Source: the human T2T-CHM13v2.0 reference genome, Homo sapiens
Reading direction: 5' to 3' (one strand)
Assembly: GCF_009914755.1 (NCBI RefSeq)
Contig: NC_060929.1
Length of the DNA: 64,000 nt
The notes under the pieces are model-generated. The model did not search any database. It saw only the letters and a program-made list of their open reading frames with translations, and was not told the origin of the DNA. A program made the translations under genes and the position numbers. This document shows, piece by piece, positions 39,289-55,960 of the stretch (positions are counted from its first letter, which is position 1; the number at the start of each line of letters is the position of its first letter).

Positions 39289-42052
39289 GTAGGCAAGTGG
39301 GAGTCATCAGAGTCCTGACCAGGCTTTCTGCTACATGTGTATAAGTAGTTACCCATAGCACTGGCCCCATGTCTTTGAATGTGAAGAAGAATAGTAAAAG
39401 GAATGCAACTTTCATTACATTTTAACCTGGCAGCACATCACTTTTCCCATGCCACATTGTCTTAGAAGCCATTCATACAAGGGGTTTATTACATTTTGAG
39501 ATGCTGACAAAACAGTTCTCAAGTGCATTGCTCAACTCCAGTCAGACGTCACTGGCTATCATTTCAAAGTCAGTGGGTGTAAAACTTGCTGCTCCTTTCT
39601 ATTTGTGAGATAATCCTGGCTCTCCCTTCCCCTCCAGGATATGGCTGCCAAAAGAAATTAATGCCTTACCTACTCCATCCACGATGACCTCCAAAACAAA
39701 AGTAAATGTTTCTTATGCTCACTGAAAACATTTCCCCAAAAGACTGCAAATAGTACAAATGCCTACTCCAGTGATGGATAATTCCAGCAACATTTTTTTT
39801 TCAGCTAAGTGAAGATAGCATCACAAGTGGGGATAAAGTGAACCGGAGTCTCTGACTTTGACGTTCCAATCCTTGATCATTCACTGCCTAACTCTGCTCT
39901 CAAACTGACCATTCAACCTCTTTTTTGGAAGTCATCTTCCTTGAAAATGAGACCTACTAGCACGTACTTCTTGCCTAAGCAACAGATAAAGTGGAAGCTG
40001 TACAGAGGCAGTAGCCATGGCCTAATCTACAGTGCAGAAGTTCTTTCCAGAATTTTTTTTCCCAAAAAAGTTCTTAAATAACACAGCTTCATCAGTGTCA
40101 AAGGCCACAGTCAGACAGGGGGCCCTTCCTTCTGCTAAAGACTAGGCCTTTGCCTTGTATGGGCTAATTTATCATACATTTTGATGTGCTTGTAGAAACA
40201 GTGGACACTTTCTTTTCCTTATATTCTTAGTTTGGTGAATATTATCTACATGAGTCATTTTAATTTTTTTTGTTTTAGTTCTCTGTTTTTGTGCTGTGAG
40301 ACTCTGAATTTCCAGATAGCTGCCAAAAATGGAAAAAATATGCCTTACTTCCCAAAGACAGAGGATGCCATTTGTTACCCATCAAACATACTTTGCCTTT
40401 TGGCATCACTTGGAATATAGAAGAGACACACTCACATTTCTCCTAGGGCTGAGACTAGATAGCAAAACTTGATCTTGGAAATATACAAAGATGATACTGT
40501 TATCTTTTTCCTCAGCCATTGCTGAAGAACTGAATTTAGTTGAAATACATATTTGCTGAGCAGTAAGAAAAAGTGTTGAGAGAAAAATAGACTTCATTTA
40601 AAAGTGGCAAGACAGAAGTAGTGTCTTGTGTGGGCAAATTGGTTTGTAGGCTTGAGCCAAATAGTTTACAGAGAGTAAGAGGCATCCAGTTTTTTGGAAC
40701 ACCACGCCATACACTGTCGACTCCTGCTAGTTATTTCCTTCATGATTCTCTAGTGAACTGAAGAAACAAATTAACATCCAAAAGTTAACCTCTGTTTAAA
40801 TAAAAACACAGCATACACCGAATAGTTAGTCATACTAAATGCTTTGATATCCCATCTTAATAAGGGACTAATTGGATTAAATTTTAATTATCCAGATATA
40901 AAGTAAAACATACAGTAGTGAATTTGTGTAACATTTATTACTATAAAAAAGATAAGTGGTTATTTATAAAATAATGTGTGAAACTTTTCTTGATCCTGAG
41001 GGGTCAAAGGAACAGGTAATGACTAATAATACTGATAAACCGTATGTGGAAGACTGTGGTGAATAAAATAAAAAGGCCCCAGGGATATTTTGTTGTGCCT
41101 GATTTGGCCCAATCTGTTGATCACCTTGGCTTTTAATGCCTCTCATTAGGAAGAGTCTTCAGCAAAGATAGCCATTAGGCAAATTACAAACAGTGTGTTA
41201 ATGTATTTGATGAGGTTTTCTACTTTTCTTGCTTTGAAGCTTTGAAAACTATTTCTGGTGATTATTATAATTGAAGTCCATTTGCACACTGATTTTTCTT
41301 TATTTCTCTTTAACCTTGATTTTGGCCTCAGTCTCCACCAAGGGGAAGTAGCATTGCTGCTAATCCCATCTTGGCAGAATTATTGGGTTCCACCCCAGCA
41401 GTCACCAAAACATTCAGGTTTAGTCAGAACGCCAATTCGTCACTTCATAAAACCAAATCTTTTCTCCATCCCACAATAACCTGTTCATAGACCAAAGGGA
41501 GAGTGAAAGAGATGTGAATCAACTCACTGAATAACAGGGCCAGGCCCTCCCAGATGTGGAGAGGTCTGAGACACTTCCATTTTTTTTCCTTGAAGATTTA
41601 AAATAAAATGAAGAAGAAAGAAGTGTCAGAACAGAATAGCAAACATTATAGCACATTTTAAGTACTTAAAATCATGCTTTAAACACATAAAAAAATAACC
41701 TTTTTGGAAGGCAAGAACAAATGACCCAACTAAGGCCCTTTGTGAATATAAGGCCCTGGCTAAATGGCCCTCCTGAGGATCCTTATCTCTCAACCATCAT
41801 AGCTGCTGCTCAGAGGTGGATAGAAGTTTCAGGACCAGTTAGACTAATTTTATAAATAAACAAATGTGAAGAATGTAAATGATGTGCTTTAGAGCACAGC
41901 CAAGTAGCTGATGAAAAAGCATATGGCAATGGGCTCTCTTTGCAGGTGGAAGAAACATGGAAGGCACAGAAGAGTTTTTGGGTGTGTGGAAGGACTACTT
42001 GGAATTGATAAGGTGATGAATACTGAGAGCATCATTGCAGTGAAAATAAATA

Positions 42053-42378
42053 TTGTGCAAAACCACCATAAAATGGACTGAGTCATGCCCAGATGTGGCT
42101 AATCAGGACTCCAGATTGATATTTCCACATGATTTCAGTAAGAACTGCAATTATGATGTTACTTCCTGAGATGGAGGAAAGACAGCTTCCTTTTTTTTTT
42201 TGAAATTTCTTATTTCTAGTATTCTTATTCCGTCTTTAGTTCTCCAGTTGGGAATCTATGTGAGAGCCCTGTGGAGACAGATGACAACCTTTTCCATGGA
42301 ATTATTAAGCTAGAAAGCAAGGATGTTAGGATTTGATTTTGACTCAGTCTTTTGTGAGACACACTCTTCTTTGAGTCA
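42053..42378. promoter_or_regulatory. Candidate enhancer: three AP-1 sites plus ETS, C/EBP-like and HOX/CDX motifs
   Basis: TGAGTCA 42079, TGACTCA 42340, TGAGTCA 42372, ACTTCCTG 42161, TTGTGCAA 42053, CCATAAAA 42066. Motif evidence only. Confidence 0.4.
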
Positions 42379-42959
42379 TGCTTTAATAATTTGGAACTCA
42401 GCAATGACTTTATTTATTTCGGGGAATTTTACTTTTCTAGAGAGCCAGAATAATTCTTCCCTTTTAGATATCACAAGCAGACACTGGAAAAAGCAGACAC
42501 TGGAAAAGCTGCTTTTTGTATCTTTCTCATAGGATTCTGGGCTCCTCAGCAACTTGGCCAGCCATCTTGAATCGAAAGTTGGGCAAGTGCTATTGGCTCT
42601 GTTTCCTCATAGATCATTTCCAGCTGTTACCTCAACACAAATATGACACCTCCTGAATTCAAGAAAACTTGAACTTTTCATTGGATCCCCATATAAAGAT
42701 TGGATGCGATGATTAAAAAGAAGTGTCCAATCCTATGCTGTGAGAATGTCAAGATCTGGATATTACTCTACCATTAGTGGGAATCTAACTTGATACAAAT
42801 GTTCTAGTAGGCAATTTGGCAACACAAATAAAAATCCTCAAAATTTTTAAAATTCAAGATGGCAGACAGAACACATGCATTAACCTCCCATTTCTTCCAA
42901 GATTTTTGCATTAAACATGAATATATATAATAGAATACTCCTTTATATGTATATGTCTC

Positions 42960-43399
42960 AGAGTTGAGTAAGGAAAATTAAGTCAAATAGTTCAATAGAA
43001 TTCAACACAGGGAACTATGTATGAAGTTGTAGGAATATCTAAAAAGCCAGATAAATTGGGGACACCCACTACCACCACTAGAGCTGAAGCAACCAAGGGA
43101 GAAGGCATTGCCAGAGCCCAGGATCCAGGACTGCCTGGCAGGAGCTGGAACCATGGATTAAGGGGCTGTTTGGGGTCTAAATGAGATGGAAGAAATGTAG
43201 CCACATCAAGAGAGGCTGCCCAAGGCAGAAAGAAATGGAAGAAATATCCTGCCGTTGTCATTCTTCCCTCTCTTCAATATCCCACCAGCATTTCCCAATG
43301 GCTGAAGCTGTTGGAAGCCAGTTGGCAAGAAAATGTCATTTGCAGGGGTCAGTTCCCTGTGGTAAAGAGCAGAGTCTGGCACAGCAGACGAGAGAGTAG

Positions 43400-43400
<1 letters not shown>
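42960..43400. mobile_element. LTR33-like ERVL LTR
   Basis: tcccaatggctgaa...gaagccagttggcaag...gcaggggtcagttccc...agagcagag. Confidence 0.5.
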
Positions 43401-45700
<2,300 letters not shown>

Positions 45701-45743
45701 CTAAAGTAAAGAAGTAAGTAGAAGAATACACATATTGTCTAGC

Positions 45744-46094
45744 CTTGATACTCAAATGTGTCGTCTGCAGACCAGAAGGATTGACATCACTTGTTAGAAA
45801 AGCCAAATCTTGGCAAAACCACTGAAATGGAATCTGCATTTTAACAAGATCCATACATATTTTATAAACACATTAAAGTTTGAATACCACGTTTCTGTAA
45901 TAGTGATTCTCAGTCTTTGCTGTGCATTATTAGAGTCATATGGACAGCTTAAAACATTATTTTAAGAAGAGCAAAGCCCAGTCCTTACCTTAAGAAATTA
46001 TGCTTTAAATGGGATGGAGCCCAGAAATCAGCCTTTTTTTTTTTTTTTATGGTTTCTGAGGTGATTCTAATATGCAGTCATGGTTAAGAACCTG
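45744..46094. mobile_element. Two adjacent MER5-family hAT elements (~45744-45891 and ~45901-46094)
   Basis: aatctgcattttaacaagatcc...aagtttgaataccac; tagtgattctca...gtgattctaatatgcag...ggttaagaacc. Confidence 0.75.
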
Positions 46095-46532
46095 TGATCT
46101 AGAATAATAGTGGTAAGTGACCAATAGAATGAAAAAACTGATTTTGAAAATTTGCTTCTGGATCTATCGGGGCAATGTGCCGAAGATAGAGAAACATGGG
46201 GAAGAAGACTGTTATTTTAATCATGAGAAAATTTATAATCTTTCACCTTCACCATGCCACATGTACTGCTTTGATATATAGATTTATCTTGCATACATGC
46301 ATATTTTGATTCAGCAATTATATTTCTGGGAATATTCTAAGCACAGTAACTTATTAACTATAAAAAGTGTATGTTCATGGAAATTCATCATAATATTGTT
46401 CATAATTTTAATAATTATGGTACAATATAAATGTTTATCAAAAGAACAATAAATAAAAATGTACAACAGAACACCATAGCACACTTGGATAATTATAAAT
46501 ACCTGATTAATGTATTGCTATAGGTCTACACT

Positions 46533-47031
46533 TGTAACAGAACTACTAGTTGTCCCTTAATATCCGTCTTTTCCCTCTTTTATTGTAACATAGCCTTTGA
46601 TTTGGGGATGGTCACAGGGCCAACAGGGATGATTTTCCCACCCTCTTTTGCAGGTAAGTATATCTAGGCTACTAAATTCTAGCAATGAGATGTAGGGAAA
46701 AGTTGTGTGTGCAATTTCCAGAAAGTGTTCATTATGGAGGAGGTAGGCCCTTTTCCCCCCGTTTCGTTCTTTTTGCTGGCTTGAATGTGTCACTGGAGCT
46801 GAAGAAGTCATCCTAGACAATAAGGTGATCCAGGAGTGGGAGGCCATGCTTGCCAGAGCAATAACTAACACAGAAATAGCCTAAGCCCCTGATGCCATGA
46901 AGCACCATACCAGTCCTGAAATGCTTTTCTCCAAACTTCCACATGAAAAAACAAATCAAGTTCTAGCTTTTTAAAGCCAGAATTACCTTTCCTATTCTAC
47001 TACTTGTGGCAACCTCATTCTAATAAGTACA
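46533..47031 (+). mobile_element. MaLR LTR, MLT1J-like
   Basis: taaattctagcaatgagatgtag...tgcaatttccagaaagtg...ggagctgaagaagtcatcctagac. Confidence 0.75.
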
Positions 47032-47474
47032 ATACTCATTAACAAGAAAAACAGTTTAAAATAAATGTATTGGGAAAAGATAAGTTGCAAATGATAATTT
47101 ATTTTGGGAACAACCAGATATAAGGTAAGTAAGAACACAGACTTGAATAACACTATAGACCAATTAGAACTAACAAACACTCTGCCAAACAGCAGCAAAA
47201 CCTACATTCTCCTCAAGTTCACATGGAATATTCTTCAGGATAAACCACAAACTAACTAGGCCACAAAACAAGTCTTAAAAAATTATACAAAATGTATTTT
47301 CCAATCACATTGGAATGAAACTAGAAATCAATAACAGAAGGAAAATCCACAAATATGTGGAAAGTAAACAACATACTCTTAAACAATCAGTGAATCAAAG
47401 AAGTCACAAGGGAAATTAGAAAAATACTGTGAGACAAATGAAAATAAAAATACAACATACAAAAGTTTGAGATG

Positions 47475-47767
47475 GTCCAGGTATAGTGGCTCATGCCTGT
47501 AATCCCAGCACTTTGGGAGGCCATGGCGGGCAGATCACCAGAGGTCAGGAGTTTGAGACCCGCCTGCCCCACATGGCGAAACCCCCCCTCTCTACTAAAA
47601 ATACAAAAAAATTAGCCGGGTGTCGTGGTGGGTGCCTGTAATCCCAGCTACTCAGGAGGCTGAGGCAATAGAATCACTTGAACCTGGGAAGCGGAGGTTG
47701 CAATGAGCCGAGATTGCACCACTGCACTCAGCCTGGGCGACAAGAGCGAAACTCCATCCCAAAAAAG
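47475..47767 (+). mobile_element. AluSq-like
   Basis: Full dimer with gacaagagcgaaactcc; TSD AAAA(G/A)TTTGAGATG at 47461-47474 and 47768-47781. Confidence 0.9.
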
Positions 47768-48310
47768 AAAAATTTGAGATGCAGTGAAAGCAGTGCTAAG
47801 AGGAAAGTCTATAGCTATAGATAAACATTTAGTAAGAACAAAGATCTCAAATCAACAACGAAACTTTACACCTCAAGGAACTAAAAAAAGAACTACATCC
47901 AAAGCTAGCAGAAGAAAGGAAATAATTATGATTAGAGCAGAAACAGATAAAATAGATTTTTTTAAAATCATGAAAATAAGACTACATGTTTTTAAAAAGA
48001 TCAACAAAAAGAGATAAAACTAAAATAACTAAAATCGGTAATGAAAGAGGGAGCATTACATGAAATAAACAGGATTATATGAGAGTATTTTTAAAAATTG
48101 TATGCCCACAAATTGGATAAACTAGAAGAAATGGATAAACTCCTAGGAATACACAACCTACCAAGAGTGAGCCATGAGAAATAGAAAATCTGGACAGGCC
48201 AATAATTAGTAAAAATAGTGAATTTGTATAAAAACTTCCCCAAAAAAGATAACTCCAGGACCAGATGACTTCACTAGAGAATTCTACCAAACATTTAAAG
48301 AATTAACACC

Positions 48311-48672
<362 letters not shown>

Positions 48673-51241
48673 TCAAGCTCATTCTATGAGGCTAACATTA
48701 CCTTGATACCAAAATCAGATAAACACACTACAAGAAAAGAAAACTACAGACTAATATTCCTAATGGATATTGATGCAAAATCATCAACAAAATACTAGCA
48801 AACTGAATTCAACAGCACATTGAAAGGACTACACACCATAACCAACTGGGATTTATTCCTGGAATGCAAGAATGGTTTAATATACAAAAATCAATCAATA
48901 TAATACATCATATTAACCAAATGAAGGACCAAAAACACACAGCCATCTCAACTGATGCAGAAAAAAGCATTTGATAAGATTTAACACCCTTTCGTAATAT
49001 ATTAAAAAATAAACACTCAACAAACTAGGAATAGAATGAAACTACCTCAGCATATCAAGACCATACATGAAAGGCCCACAGAAAATATCATACTCAACAG
49101 TGAAAGACTGAAGCCTTTTCTTTTAAGATCAGGAACAAGACAGGAATGCCTGCCTGATATAAATATTACTATTCAATATAGTATTTGATGTCAGTCAGAA
49201 AAATTAGGCAAGAAAAATAAATTGGAAGAAGTAAAATTATCTTTCACAGATGACATGTATATGTAGGAAACTCTAAAAATTACACACACACACACGCAAA
49301 TAAACCTGTTAGAACTAATAAAATAATTCATCAGATTTTGCAGAATACAAAATCAACATATAAAAGTCATTTGCACTTCTACAAACTAACCATGAACAAT
49401 ATGAAAAGAAAATTAAGAAAACAACTTACAGTAGCATCAAAAAGAATAAAATATTAGGAACAAAGTTAACAGATGGGTTGAAAGACTTGTACAATGAAAA
49501 CTACAAAACATTACTGAAAGAAATTTTGAAAGATACAGATAAATGGAAGGATATTCCATGTTCATAGATGGGAAGGCATAACATTATTAAGATATCAATA
49601 TTACCAAAGTGACCTACACAGTCAATGCAATCCTTGTCCAAATCCCAATAGCAATTTTTTCACTAAAATTTTTTAAAAAGTTATACTAAAATTCACATGG
49701 AATTTCAAGGGACCCTGAATGGTCAAAACAATTTTGAAAAAGAAGAACAAAGTTGGAGGACTCTTATTTCCTGATTTTAAAACCTATTATAAAACTACAG
49801 TAATCAAAACAATGTGGTGCTCGCATACAGACAGGCATCTGTACCAGTGGAATACAATAGACAGCCCAGAAATAAACCATCACAAATATTGTGACATAAT
49901 CTTTGACAAGGTTATGGGGAAAGAACAATATCTTCAACAAATTATATTAAGAAAACTGTATATACACATGAAAAAGAATGAAGTTGGATCCTTATTTTAT
50001 GTCATATACAAAAATTTACTCAAAATTGATTAAAAACATAAATGTAAGACTCAAAACTATAAAACTCCTTGAAGAAAATATAGGGGAAAATCTTCATAAT
50101 ATTGGATTAACCATGATTTCTTGGATGTGACAACAAAAGCACAGGCCACAAAAGCAAAAATGGACAAATGGGACTAAATCAAACTAAAAAACTTCTGTGC
50201 ATCAAAGGACACACTCAATACAACGAAAAGGCAATCTACAGAATGGGAGAAAATATTTGCAGATTATTCATCTGATAAGCAATTAATATCTAGAATATAT
50301 ATTTTAAAAGACCTACAATTCAACAACAAAAAATCAAACAATCTGACTTTATGGGTAAAGTGAGTAAAGGACTTGAATAGGCATTTCTATGAAGAAGATG
50401 TAAAAATGGCTAACAAGCATATGAAAAGATGTTCACTATTATCAATCATCACAGAAATGCAAATTAAAACTATGAGCTATCACCTCACATCCATTAGTAT
50501 GCCTAATATTTTAAAAAGTAGAAAATAACAAGTGCCAGTGAGGATGGAGAAAAATTGGAACATTTATGCACTGTTGGTGGGGGTGCAAAATGGTGAAACC
50601 ACTATGGAAAACAGCACCGTAGCTCTTCAAAGAGTTAAAAATAGAATTACCATATGATCCAATAATTCCATTTATGAGTATGTATTCAAAAGAATTGAAA
50701 GAATTGGTTCTTGAAGAGATAGCTACACACCTGTGTTCATAGAAGCACTACTTGCAGTAGCCAACAGGTGGAAGCAACCCAAATATCCATCGACAGGTGA
50801 ATTGATCAACAAAATATGGTACATATACACACTATAGAACAGTATTCATCCTTAAAAAGGAAGGGAATCCTATCACATGCTACAATGTGGGTGAACCTCG
50901 AGGGCATTATGCTAAATGAAATAAGCCAATTCACAAAAAGACAAATACTGAATGATTTCACTTACACGAGGTATCTAGAGTAGTCAAATTTATATAAACA
51001 AAAAATAGAAAGTTGGCTAAAATGGGGGGAGAGAAAAAAGAGAGTTGTTTAATCGGTATAAAGTTTCAGTTCTACAAGAGAAAAAAATTCTGGAAATCTA
51101 TTTCACAACACTGTGAATAAACAACATTGCTGAACTGTACACTTAAGATTAAGATGGTAGATTGTATGTTATGTGTTTTTAGCACAATAAAATATGTATT
51201 TTGATAAACAACAACTCAAAGTCTGTGACTTTGAATGCCCA

Positions 51242-51396
51242 TGGGGGGAGGGGGGAGGGATAGCATTTGGAGATATACCTAATGTTAAATGACGAGTTAC
51301 TGGGTGCAGCACACCAACATGGCACATGTATACATATGTAACTAACCTGCACGTTGTGCACATGTACCCTAAAACTTAAAGTATGATTTAAAAAAG
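51242..51396 (+). mobile_element. Very short L1PA3/4-like 3' end
   Basis: G-tract, then gggatagcatttggagatatacctaatg...accctaaaacttaaagtat. Confidence 0.92.
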
Positions 51397-52877
51397 TATT
51401 ATAAATAGGAAAACAAAACAAGTATAGAAGAGTATACAAAAAAATGGTCATAATAACTAGCAACACTACAATTGAAACTTCTTAACTTTCTAAATTCTCT
51501 GAGATTTGTACAGTAGGCATAAAATATTTTTATAATTATAAAAAATGAAGCTGTTTCCACTTTTAAAAATACAAAACAAAACTTCTATTGGGACTTACAA
51601 TGAGTGAATGACTTATATATGGGAAACCTGTATTTGCCAAAGAAGCAATTACATTCTCCTGAGAAATTCAAGACTCACCACCCTCTAGGGGACCTTTGTG
51701 TGGTGTTTGATTCCTCTGGGACAGTCGGGTCTTCTGTCTAGTCCAGGGACGAAGAAGCAAAAGCTAGGTAGCCCTCTAGCACACAAAGTGAAAAAGCTAG
51801 CTGTCTTCAAAGAACAATTTTGTTTCACAAATTTATTTAACTTCAAAAACCTGCAAAGCAGAGGTGGACATGGCAGGAGGAGGAGCCGGTTAGGATGGGG
51901 TGGGGGGATTAATTGCTTTAGACAGAATTTCCCAGCCCAAGTGTACACTGACATTTTAGCTTTGTGTTGCAATTCTTTTATCTTGACCCAGACTGGGTAC
52001 CCTGAGTCACAGTGACAAACAAGTGGGTCATTACATCATTATTGTTTTATGACTATTTGTGCATGTCCTTTTGGTTCTTGAAGCTATAGTCTGTCACGAC
52101 ACTGTCTTGTGCTGAAAGGGGATCATTAACAATTTTTCCCTTATTTAAATGATTGGCCAGATGAAGCATCCATAAATGTGGCAAAAAGACAAGTTAAACT
52201 AGATAATAATCTCTAATATTATTAAAACCAAATGTTTAGAAAAGGAATTTCACTTTAAACATCAAAATGCCTCTGTTCCTCGGTGAAACTTTTTGATTCT
52301 ACCAGATACTAAAGTCTATCAATAAGCTAATGTACATCACTATCAGCAAGTTCCTGAGTGATACTTGTCTTGGACTTCTTTTGTGGTATTTAACCATTCT
52401 AACAAGAATGGCACCATATACCAACACGGAGTGCTTTTCAACACCGCCCCCACCCCCCAAATTAGATGGTATGGTAAGAATCTTGGCAATCCAGCATTAC
52501 TAAACAACAAAACACAGAAAAATTAATAAGGGCATTGTAAAATAAAAGTAAGTTACTTATATTTCCATCAAAATACTTAACAAGTCTTATCTTCAATCTA
52601 AGGTTAGAATTACAGCACTAGCCTATTTCCATTCCTGTTATGAGGTTTGAACATACTTACTTTAGCACATCATTCCCCATCTTTTCTCATTTTGGGGTCT
52701 TCTCTGTTTTTAAGAAAGAAATCTAAAATGTCACATTTCTAGCTCCCTTTTTCCTTCCCATAACTCATTTTCTCAGTTTGGAATACATTGTCAGTTTTTT
52801 GCAGGAGTGAATATAGTTGCCGAAGATAAAAGTTGTTTTGACAATTTAGTAATGGTTTTTGCACTATAAGTGATATT

Positions 52878-52939
52878 ATTTTCTTTCTTTTCTTTTCTTT
52901 TTTTTTTTTTTTAGATGGAGTCTTGCTCTGTCACCAGGC
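52878..52939 (-). mobile_element. Alu 3'-terminal stub (tail plus ~27 nt)
   Basis: T-rich tail followed by agatggagtcttgctctgtcaccaggc. Confidence 0.8.
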
Positions 52940-52989
52940 AATCATTAATGATATTGGTTGTAATTTTAGAGTTATAAAAAAAATAAGAA

Positions 52990-53112
52990 AATGGGGAGAA
53001 AGAAAAGGGGGAAACAGGAAGAAGATAAAGGAGAGAACAGAAAAAGAAGGAAAGAAGAAAGGCAGGAAAGCAGGAAGGAAGCAGCAAGGGAGGAAGAGAA
53101 GGAGGAAGACAG
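52990..53112. repeat. Purine-rich low-complexity, (GAAG)n-like tract
   Basis: Read directly. Confidence 0.85.
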
Positions 53113-54599
53113 ACAATCACAAAGCAGACTTTTCAGGTAACTGTTTCTTCCAGTATTAGCAATAGTCCAGACAAGTTAATTGAATTTCTTCCCCAAACCC
53201 AATTTGAACAAATTCTCAGATCTTCAGAATAAAAATAAAACACATATAAAAATGATCCACAGTTGTTTTATTCAATCTGAGTGTTTTTGCTGAATCCTAG
53301 AGACAGAGAATGTTGCTACAGTTTTTTAAAACATAATTTTTAAAAAATATCAAGTGAAGAAAAAATAAACATATTTTCTTAGTGCCTCCAGGATAATTTG
53401 GGTAGCAAGCCACATGAAATTTTTGAGTGAAACAGTGCTGACATAGAAAACATTCTCAGTATCTGGGTCTTTAAAAATTGTGCTAAGCTTGCAAGTCCAC
53501 AGCAGCTCAAGAGTAAGAACTTTCTCAGGATGTTTGTTGGTTTTTCCTTAGTTTATATGTAGCCAGCTGGTTTCTGACCTCTTTGTGTAAATATCCAGCT
53601 TTTCACATAATCAGATTCCATATTACCTTGTTATGACATCATTCTGGGCAGGCTTTGATCCCTCACTAACATTTTCAAACTATGCACACAAACTTAAATA
53701 ACAATAAGAAGACTGCTACTTACCCAATAAATACTACTGCTGATGTTGTATGTATATTGTGTGTGGATATGGATATAGACATGGATATAAATATTTGTTG
53801 TTTGTATATATTTGCATAATAACACATATACCTACAGAGGGGTTAGCAATATACTGAAAAGTATATCCTATTTGATTCTAAATTATTGAATATTTGAAAA
53901 TATTTTGCATATTTCTTGTGAAATATACATTTATTTTAAGTTCCCTTTTACTGCAATTGTTATTGTTTAATATTTTTGTTCAACTGATATTTTTTAAAAC
54001 AGGTGAATTGACGTCTAGGACTTAGAGACCCTGTTATATATTTTTCCACCTGGATAGATAAAAATAAAGGTTAAGCTATATTCTTTGGCAATCCAGGGGC
54101 CAAGATATAAAAGACACAATGATCTTCTAAATAACTAAGAAAATGGCTTATTTAGTGTCTGATTAAGATAAATGACACAAGGCAGCTGTAAAAAGAATTC
54201 CCACTAGCCATTGACCCACAAAACTGTGGAGTCATTTTTCATTTTTAGAAAAGTATCAAAATCAACTTAAATTCACAACAAACCTTTGGAGTTATAATGA
54301 AATGTCCTAAATTCTGCTTCAAATGGTATTGACTAATGTTATTTTTGAAGTTAAAATACACTAACACATTCTGATTTCTATAGAACTTTGACGGCTGTTA
54401 AGCAGGAGTCATGTTTCTACAGGATTATTGTATCCCCAACACTAGAGCAGTGCATAGTACATAATAGTGGTCAATAAATATTGTTGAATAAATGAATGAA
54501 TTAAATAGTAATAATATATTAGCTTGTGGAGATTTGAATACTAAAAGTAATGTCACCCATACCAAAAAGTCATAGAGCTAATAGATATATAATATAATA

Positions 54600-54850
54600 A
54601 TAATAAATGTTTATTTCCTGCTTTTCATGTGCCAGGCATTATGGTAAGTGCTTTATATGCATTCTCTTATACCAATGATCCTATTACCCCTATAAAAGGT
54701 AATGGTTAGGCTATCTCATGTGAGAAACTCTGGCTAAGAGAATAGTACTAATGTGCTCAAGGTCACACAGCTAATAAATGATGAAGCTGAAGTTAAAAGT
54801 TAAGTCATCCTGGCTCCAGAAAATACATTTTTTTAAAAACCAACTATGCT
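54600..54850 (-). mobile_element. MIR
   Basis: atgtgccaggcatt...gagaaactctggct...ctcaaggtcacacagcta. Confidence 0.75.
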
Positions 54851-55789
54851 CTCTGTCTCGACACACTGTGGTTTCATGGTAACTTTATTATGGTCTTTAA
54901 GTTCAGTCATGAACTATAGCTATAAAGAAAAGAAAAACTATATTTTACTACTTCCAGAGAATGGCTTTCATGAAGCATTAAATTTTCTACTAACAGGTTA
55001 AATGTTTTTATTAATATAGTGTGTAGAAATTGCTCAATAATATTATGCTTTTTCTACATAGTACATAGGAATTTATCCTGTAAATACATTTTCACAAATG
55101 AGAAGTAGGTATAAGGATTTAACTACTGCATTTTTTTCATAATAACAAAAAACTAGAAATAATCTCAATTCAACTCAGTAGAGGCCTGGTTAAGCAAATT
55201 ATGAATGTGTACTGGATTGCTACCCAGTTATTAAAAAGATTGATGGATGAAATTCCAAGATTGAAAAGAAAACAGCAAATTTCACATGAGTATGCATTAA
55301 TCCATTTACCTATCTTATTGTGCGCTATAAAAAATGTGTACTTTTTACCCACTTTGTAATCTTCTGTAATATTTAGATGTTTTCCATAAGTGTATAATAT
55401 TTTTTCAATTAAAACAACACTTTTTATAAAAAGCATTTTATCTGCATAAGGAAAAATGAAATAGCACGCAGTTCTGTGACATGTTTCAAGCTTCATGATT
55501 AGATTACATCTAAGGACAGTAAATGTATACCCACAGAAGCCCAGAGCAACCATAAGATTTATTTAAACATTCAAAAATTTGTTTAAAATTACCAAAATTA
55601 ATATAAACTTTCCGGATGGAAAGTTTGCTCTTTTTGTGTTAAACAAACAAGAAAATAAAGATAATATTTTAAATTACCATTACAAAAAAAATACTAACTA
55701 ATCAATTTGTTTTTGGATAAGGTGCTTGGATTTTGAAGCAATAAAATTCAGAAAATTTTGCTGATACTAGGGATGATGAGGAAGTAATG

Positions 55790-55960
55790 TAAAATGGATG
55801 AGACTACAGACATTGGAATCAAGTAGATCTAGTTCATCCAAGTGCTTGACCACTTCTCAGATGTAACCTTAGTTGAGTATTTAACTTTTGTAGGCCTTAT
55901 TTTCCTCATTTGTAAAATGTGGGTATGAATCATACCCTGTGTGGAGCTTTAAATGATGTT
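55790..55960 (+). mobile_element. MIR
   Basis: atgtaaccttag...ttttcctcatttgtaaaatg. Confidence 0.65.
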
